10,290 nt of DNA, from positions 64,001 to 74,290 of IMG/VR virus record IMGVR_UViG_3300005613_000042; one strand, 5' to 3'. The stretch's first letter is position 1; each line of letters opens with the position of its first letter. The notes beneath the pieces were generated by a model. It saw only the letters and a list, made by a program, of their open reading frames with translations. It did no database searches and was not told the origin of the DNA. Of this stretch, positions 6,396 through 10,290 are shown piece by piece. Position numbers and translations under genes: made by a program. The DNA is from a virus. Lineage: Duplodnaviria; Heunggongvirae; Uroviricota; Caudoviricetes.

Positions 6396-8321
6396 ATGGC
6401 ATTATCAGGCGGCCCTAGATTTCAACCAAACTTTGATTACCCACTCACCATTAGAAATGGGTTGGGTGTTACTGGATTTCCACCACCATCTGGGTTTGAA
6501 TCGGACGGGTCCACATTTCAAGTTTCGGGTTCCACATTATTCAATACATTTAAATCAATTCGTTTTTATTTGGACTTACAAGCCAGTGGAGGTGAAGTTT
6601 ATTCACAAGTAGATAGAACTACTACCCCATATACATGTACCAATCCAAAATTCAGCCCACCGGGTAATGCTTCTTGGAGACTTGATGAATTTTATCAAAA
6701 TTTGAAAAGTGAAAATATAATAACTATTATATCACCACAAGGGGCATTTTCTAATCAAATTTTAAGGGATGGGACATCACGTCGTAAACATCCTCCAATT
6801 GATGGGGGTGATGGTGGGAATTATGGTACTGAAACCTATAATGGAGATGACCCACTTGATCCTGATAGCTATACTGCATACGCCGACTTAATGGAACAGT
6901 TTGCATTACGATATGGTCCGGTAGTATCAAAGGGTGGTAGAGCAAGAGTTTATACAGACCCAAGCAGTGCTTTTAATTCATCAACATTATATAATGGGTT
7001 AAATCATGTATTATATTTTCAATGTGGTAATGAAGATAATTTCCCATGGCATGGGGGTCCTGTTGTAATGACAGCTCAAATGAGTGCTGCTAAATTTTAT
7101 GCATGTTACCGAGCTATTAGACGAAGTTGTCCCTATGTAAGGATAATAACCGGTTCTATTTTATCAGCAACATTTCAATGGTATGAAGATTTTATGATTG
7201 CATTTGATGGTTATTGGCAGCAAGATAATCCTGGTATACCCCCACCCCGTGATTTTTATCTTAGTTGGCATAGATATCATAGAAAAGGTGGGCAGGGGCA
7301 GACACAAGGTGATGATGAAGGTGAGTCACCTGAAATAGCTAATAATTACGCTCTTGGTAAAGGTTTTGATGATATTGTAGAACAAAATGGCCTTTTAGGG
7401 CATATGTGTACTGAAACTGGTTGGAATGATAATCCAGATTATAGTGATACTAGTGCAAGAAAGCAAAGAGCTGTATCTCAACATGGGTTTACTTTAGGAG
7501 AAAGTGCAGCCCTTATGGTTATCCGTAACCACCTCATATATGCAAGTTTACCAAATTATATCATGACGGCTTATTATAGTCATAAAGATCACCGAGAAGG
7601 TGAACCATATACTTACATGGGATTCCAGTATGAGAAAAGTGGTCTTAAGCCGATAGCACACCCAGATGGTACAACTAACGCCGAGGCCGATTGGCAAATT
7701 GGACAACTAACTAAACCAAAACCGGCATTAATATTTATAGATGGGTTTTTTAATGAATGGGGTGATTGGAGTGTTGTAACTGGTAGTTATGTTACATCAT
7801 CTACAAACTTACAATATAGTTTTGATTCTATAACCCCATATAGTTCAATAACGGGCTCTATTTTATTTAAAATAACAGGTAGTAATGCCAATCCAGAACA
7901 ATTATTTACTATTACATTTACATCAAGTGCAGATGTAGATGTACCAAATCAAAGAGTTTATTTACAACCATCGATTGATTACACAGATGGTGATTCTACA
8001 TCTATTGCAAATGCTATTATTTATTCTATAAATGTATCTGCATCTCAATATCTAACAGCATCTTTGAATGGTTCGCAAATTTTAATCACAGGGTCATCCG
8101 ATTTAACCGGAGTAACTATACACACATCTTCAACTGAAGCACATCCATGTACATTTACTATTCCTAGTATGTCTTTTAACAACACTGGTTCATTTAGTGG
8201 AAAAGTTTATTCAGTAGATGTTAGTAAAGATAATGTAACTAAAACTTTAAAATGGACTGACAGGTCATTGGTTGTTTCTGAAAGTATTATTTACACACCA
8301 TGTCCTACTAGTTACGATTAG
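6396..8321 (+). CDS. Clan GH-A glycoside hydrolase (GH39/GH5-like TIM barrel) with beta-rich C-terminal region; putative virion-associated glycanase
   Basis: YFQCGNEDN carries the acid/base-type NE motif (Glu codon 7032-7034). LSWHRY carries the H-x-Y motif (His 7269). MCTETGWN carries the nucleophile-type TExGW motif (Glu codon 7413-7415). They occur in canonical order. 641 aa, no signal peptide. Family and substrate cannot be fixed without a search. Confidence 0.8.
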   Translation: MALSGGPRFQPNFDYPLTIRNGLGVTGFPPPSGFESDGSTFQVSGSTLFNTFKSIRFYLDLQASGGEVYSQVDRTTTPYTCTNPKFSPPGNASWRLDEFYQNLKSENIITIISPQGAFSNQILRDGTSRRKHPPIDGGDGGNYGTETYNGDDPLDPDSYTAYADLMEQFALRYGPVVSKGGRARVYTDPSSAFNSSTLYNGLNHVLYFQCGNEDNFPWHGGPVVMTAQMSAAKFYACYRAIRRSCPYVRIITGSILSATFQWYEDFMIAFDGYWQQDNPGIPPPRDFYLSWHRYHRKGGQGQTQGDDEGESPEIANNYALGKGFDDIVEQNGLLGHMCTETGWNDNPDYSDTSARKQRAVSQHGFTLGESAALMVIRNHLIYASLPNYIMTAYYSHKDHREGEPYTYMGFQYEKSGLKPIAHPDGTTNAEADWQIGQLTKPKPALIFIDGFFNEWGDWSVVTGSYVTSSTNLQYSFDSITPYSSITGSILFKITGSNANPEQLFTITFTSSADVDVPNQRVYLQPSIDYTDGDSTSIANAIIYSINVSASQYLTASLNGSQILITGSSDLTGVTIHTSSTEAHPCTFTIPSMSFNNTGSFSGKVYSVDVSKDNVTKTLKWTDRSLVVSESIIYTPCPTSYD

Positions 8322-8353
8322 TTTAATTAATTTGATATTTATAACAAAACACT

Positions 8354-8719
8354 ATGGGTAACTTTATACTACGCAACGGTTCATTTGTAGGTTCAGGAGA
8401 TACATTAATCAATCTCCAACGCCCCATCTCCGCATCCGTAACCACAGACATCACAGCAAGTAACCAAAACGCAGGATACTTTTTTGAAGTAGCCGGTAAT
8501 TTAACTTGTTCAGTACAAACATCTTCTATTATACCCAACAATGTTGGAAATGAATATGAATTTTTCCAATCAGGAAGTGGAAACTTTTTATTTGAAACCG
8601 GAAGTGGTGTAACCATGTATTCAAAAAATGGTTTAAAATTAACTGGTGAATTTTCAGCATGTACTCTAAAACACATAAGACAAGATGTGTGGGTGTTGGT
8701 TGGTGATTTAACAACATAA
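8354..8719 (+). CDS. Small phage fibre-type beta-sandwich protein (ends ...WVLVGDL)
   Basis: 121 aa. FFQSGSGNFLFETGSGVTMYSKNGLKLTGEFSACTLKHIRQDVWVLVGDLTT resembles a C-terminal domain I recall from many phage fibre and minor structural proteins (QxGxGxVxF...GVT...L.GQYS.xTL.K...xW.L.GDL). Confidence 0.7.
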   Translation: MGNFILRNGSFVGSGDTLINLQRPISASVTTDITASNQNAGYFFEVAGNLTCSVQTSSIIPNNVGNEYEFFQSGSGNFLFETGSGVTMYSKNGLKLTGEFSACTLKHIRQDVWVLVGDLTT

Positions 8720-8726
8720 TAGTTTT

Positions 8727-9860
8727 ATGAGTCCATTAGGTATAAATTTAGGGGTGTTGGCTGGGTATCCTTATGAGGCCTCTAATACCAAACAGGCAGG
8801 GTTCCCCGCTGAGGCCTTTGTTTTCAATATAGACACCGAAAATATATCAGCGGGAAGCACCGCAAGCGACCAATTTAAGTTACCTCTCTTCAACGGAGGC
8901 ACGTATAATTTTATTGTTAATTGGGGTGATGGCAATAGTGACACCATAACGGATTGGAACCAACCAGAAACCACACACACATACGCAAGCGCGGGTGCCT
9001 ACCAAGTCGTTTGCACCCCTGCTACGGCCAATGACTTGCAAGGCTGGCGATTTGCAAACACGGGCGACAGATTAAAGTTTTTATCAGTTGACCAATGGGG
9101 TGACTGGAGGCCGGGTAATTACGGTGCGTCTTTTTTCGGCTGTTCCAATTTTACCACAGTCCCAACGGCGGCTCCTAATTTAACGGGCGTTACGAACTTT
9201 AGCTCGATGTTCTATTTGGCTACCTCTTTTAATTCAGATTTGAGCAGCTGGAATGTGTCAAGCGGCACCAACTTTTTCTTTATGTTCCGAGGAGCCACCT
9301 CCTTTGACTCGGATTTAAGCAATTGGGATGTATCCAGCGGCACCAACTTTGGTGCGATGTTCCTAGGCTGCACATCTTTTAACTCGAATTTGAGTGCTTG
9401 GAATGTGTCAAGCGGGACCAACTTTGGGCAGATGTTCCAACAAGCCAGCTCGTTCAATTCAGATTTGAGTGCTTGGAATGTGTCGAGTGGGACCAACTTT
9501 AGTGCGATGTTCCAACAAGCCAGCTCGTTCAATTCAGATTTGAGTAGCTGGGATGTGTCAAGCGGGACCAGCTTTAGTTTAATGTTTTACTTGGCATCTT
9601 CTTTTACTTCAAATTTAAGTGCTTGGAATGTGTCAAGCGGGACCAACTTTAGTTTTATGTTCTATTTATCTGGTCTGTCAACGGTTAATTATGACGCGCT
9701 ATTGATTGGCTGGTCCACGTTGCTGCCATTTCCAGCATCGGCCACGTCTATTGATTTTAGAAATACCAAATACACGTCAACTACCCCAGCCGTGGTGACG
9801 GCAAGAGACGCAATGATTGTTCAATTCTCCGTTTCATTTTTTGACGGAGGCGCAGTCTAA
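8727..9860 (+). CDS. BspA-family / DUF285 leucine-rich-repeat-like surface protein with N-terminal PKD-like domain
   Basis: YNFIVNWGDGNSDTI...THTYASAGAYQV is PKD-like. FLSVDQWG...FFGCSNF...APNLTGVTNF is followed by six 25-aa FNSDLSxWNVSSGTNFxxMF repeats. The cap YDALLIGWS...AR...DGG is typical of Bacteroidota BspA/DUF285 proteins. Confidence 0.9.
   Translation: MSPLGINLGVLAGYPYEASNTKQAGFPAEAFVFNIDTENISAGSTASDQFKLPLFNGGTYNFIVNWGDGNSDTITDWNQPETTHTYASAGAYQVVCTPATANDLQGWRFANTGDRLKFLSVDQWGDWRPGNYGASFFGCSNFTTVPTAAPNLTGVTNFSSMFYLATSFNSDLSSWNVSSGTNFFFMFRGATSFDSDLSNWDVSSGTNFGAMFLGCTSFNSNLSAWNVSSGTNFGQMFQQASSFNSDLSAWNVSSGTNFSAMFQQASSFNSDLSSWDVSSGTSFSLMFYLASSFTSNLSAWNVSSGTNFSFMFYLSGLSTVNYDALLIGWSTLLPFPASATSIDFRNTKYTSTTPAVVTARDAMIVQFSVSFFDGGAV
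9189..9668 (+). repeat. 75-bp (25-aa) DUF285-type tandem coding repeats, 6 units plus a partial
   Basis: Trp codons fall at 9249, 9324, 9399, 9474, 9549 and 9624, an exact 75-bp period. The core tggaatgtgtcaagcgg(c/g)accaacttt recurs. Confidence 0.97.
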
Positions 9861-9867
9861 ATAAATT

Positions 9868-9942
9868 ATGGCATCAGAAATTCAAATCAAAAAAGCCCTC
9901 GCGAACAACACAACTAAAACTCAACCATCAATAACAAAATAA
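9868..9942 (+). CDS. 24-aa small ORF or truncated gene remnant (MASEIQIKKALANNTTKTQPSITK)
   Basis: ATG at 9868, TAA at 9940-9942. The start context ataaattATGGCA is identical to that of the gene at 5062. It is short and has no homology evidence. Confidence 0.35.
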   Translation: MASEIQIKKALANNTTKTQPSITK

Positions 9943-9969
9943 AAACTTCTTAAACAATAACAAACTATC

Positions 9970-10290
9970 ATGAAAAAACTAATAACTCTTCTACTATTAA
10001 CCATCATAGCATGTGTTGAAACTACACCCCAAATTGAAAACCCATATACTACTCCATTAGAAAGAATAGTATTCTATGACTTTCCTGCAACTGACATATG
10101 GGCAGACTCGCTAGCAAACCCCGGAAAAGTAAGCGACTTAGGACCAGAATATGTTGGACCAAATGAACAAACTCGACAACTACCATCCCGAAAAGCAGGT
10201 GATATAATCTTTCCATCAGGACAAACCCGATACCATAGTGCAGTAATTGAAAGTGAAGTATGGGATGGTCCTTATCTAGCTGGATATTGG
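9970..10290 (+). CDS. 3'-partial lipoprotein (Sec/SPII signal peptide), unknown function
   Basis: The ATG at 9970 opens a frame that runs off the window end (107 codons, no stop): MKKLITLLLLTIIA-CVETTPQIENPYTTPLERIVFYDFPATDIWADSLANPGKV... It has a basic n-region, a hydrophobic h-region and a lipobox-like IIA|C (Cys codon 10012-10014). It is not in the supplied ORF track. Confidence 0.8.
   Translation, partial: MKKLITLLLLTIIACVETTPQIENPYTTPLERIVFYDFPATDIWADSLANPGKVSDLGPEYVGPNEQTRQLPSRKAGDIIFPSGQTRYHSAVIESEVWDGPYLAGYW

Noticed and set aside
1719-6963. Short ORFs 1719-1901 (-), 2124-2306 (-), 5989-6201 (+, alternate frame) and 6751-6963 (-)
   Set aside because: They are 60-70 aa, nested inside longer genes with clear domain motifs, and have no independent support.
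6372-8321. Stop-codon reassignment (TGA at 6372-6374, TAG at 8319-8321)
   Set aside because: All genes are full length under the standard code. In-frame TAA follows within a few codons of both stops, so there is no sign of recoding in this window.
8774-8817. 8-bp direct repeat tgaggcct (8774-8781, 8810-8817) as a target-site duplication at the BspA junction
   Set aside because: The copies are only 36 nt apart and both lie at the 5' end rather than flanking the GC-rich segment. There is no matching copy at the 3' boundary, so it is likely chance.
8323-9532. Minus-strand ORFs 8323-8676, 8529-8717, 8771-8980 and 9212-9532
   Set aside because: They lie largely or entirely antisense to well-supported + strand genes and have no recognisable motifs. 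The 9212-9532 periodicity is the DUF285 repeat read backwards.
5799-9860. Diversity-generating retroelement acting on the FISUMP or BspA gene
   Set aside because: No reverse transcriptase is present, and I found no non-coding template repeat differing only at adenines. The BspA variation is not adenine-specific. A remote DGR elsewhere in the genome cannot be excluded.

Overview
All supported genes are on the + strand and tightly packed. The window reads as a virion fibre/adhesin ('tail accessory') gene cluster, most likely from a large tailed phage of a Bacteroidota host. This is an inference: there is no capsid, terminase or other hallmark gene in the window. Gene order: (1) a 5'-partial Ser/Thr/Gly-rich fibre-like protein, <3-821; (2) a DUF5060-like plus clan GH-A-like TIM-barrel protein whose catalytic motifs look altered, 827-2737; (3) a 758-aa collagen-containing fibre-like protein with nested 180-bp and 18-bp repeats; (4) a LamG/concanavalin A-like protein; (5) a circularly permuted Fib_succ_major (FISUMP) domain protein; (6) a clan GH-A glycoside hydrolase with intact NE and TExGW catalytic motifs; (7) a small fibre-type beta-domain protein; (8) a GC-rich PKD-like plus BspA/DUF285 repeat protein; (9) a 24-codon ORF or gene remnant; (10) a 3'-partial lipoprotein missed by the ORF track. 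The most notable pattern is that domains typical of secreted Bacteroidota surface proteins appear here without signal peptides and carry short N-terminal leaders instead. Three consecutive unrelated genes start with exactly M-A-x-x-x-G-P-R. This suggests a modular system for displaying captured glycan-binding and glycan-cleaving domains on the virion. Family assignments come from recalled motif consensus, not from database searches.
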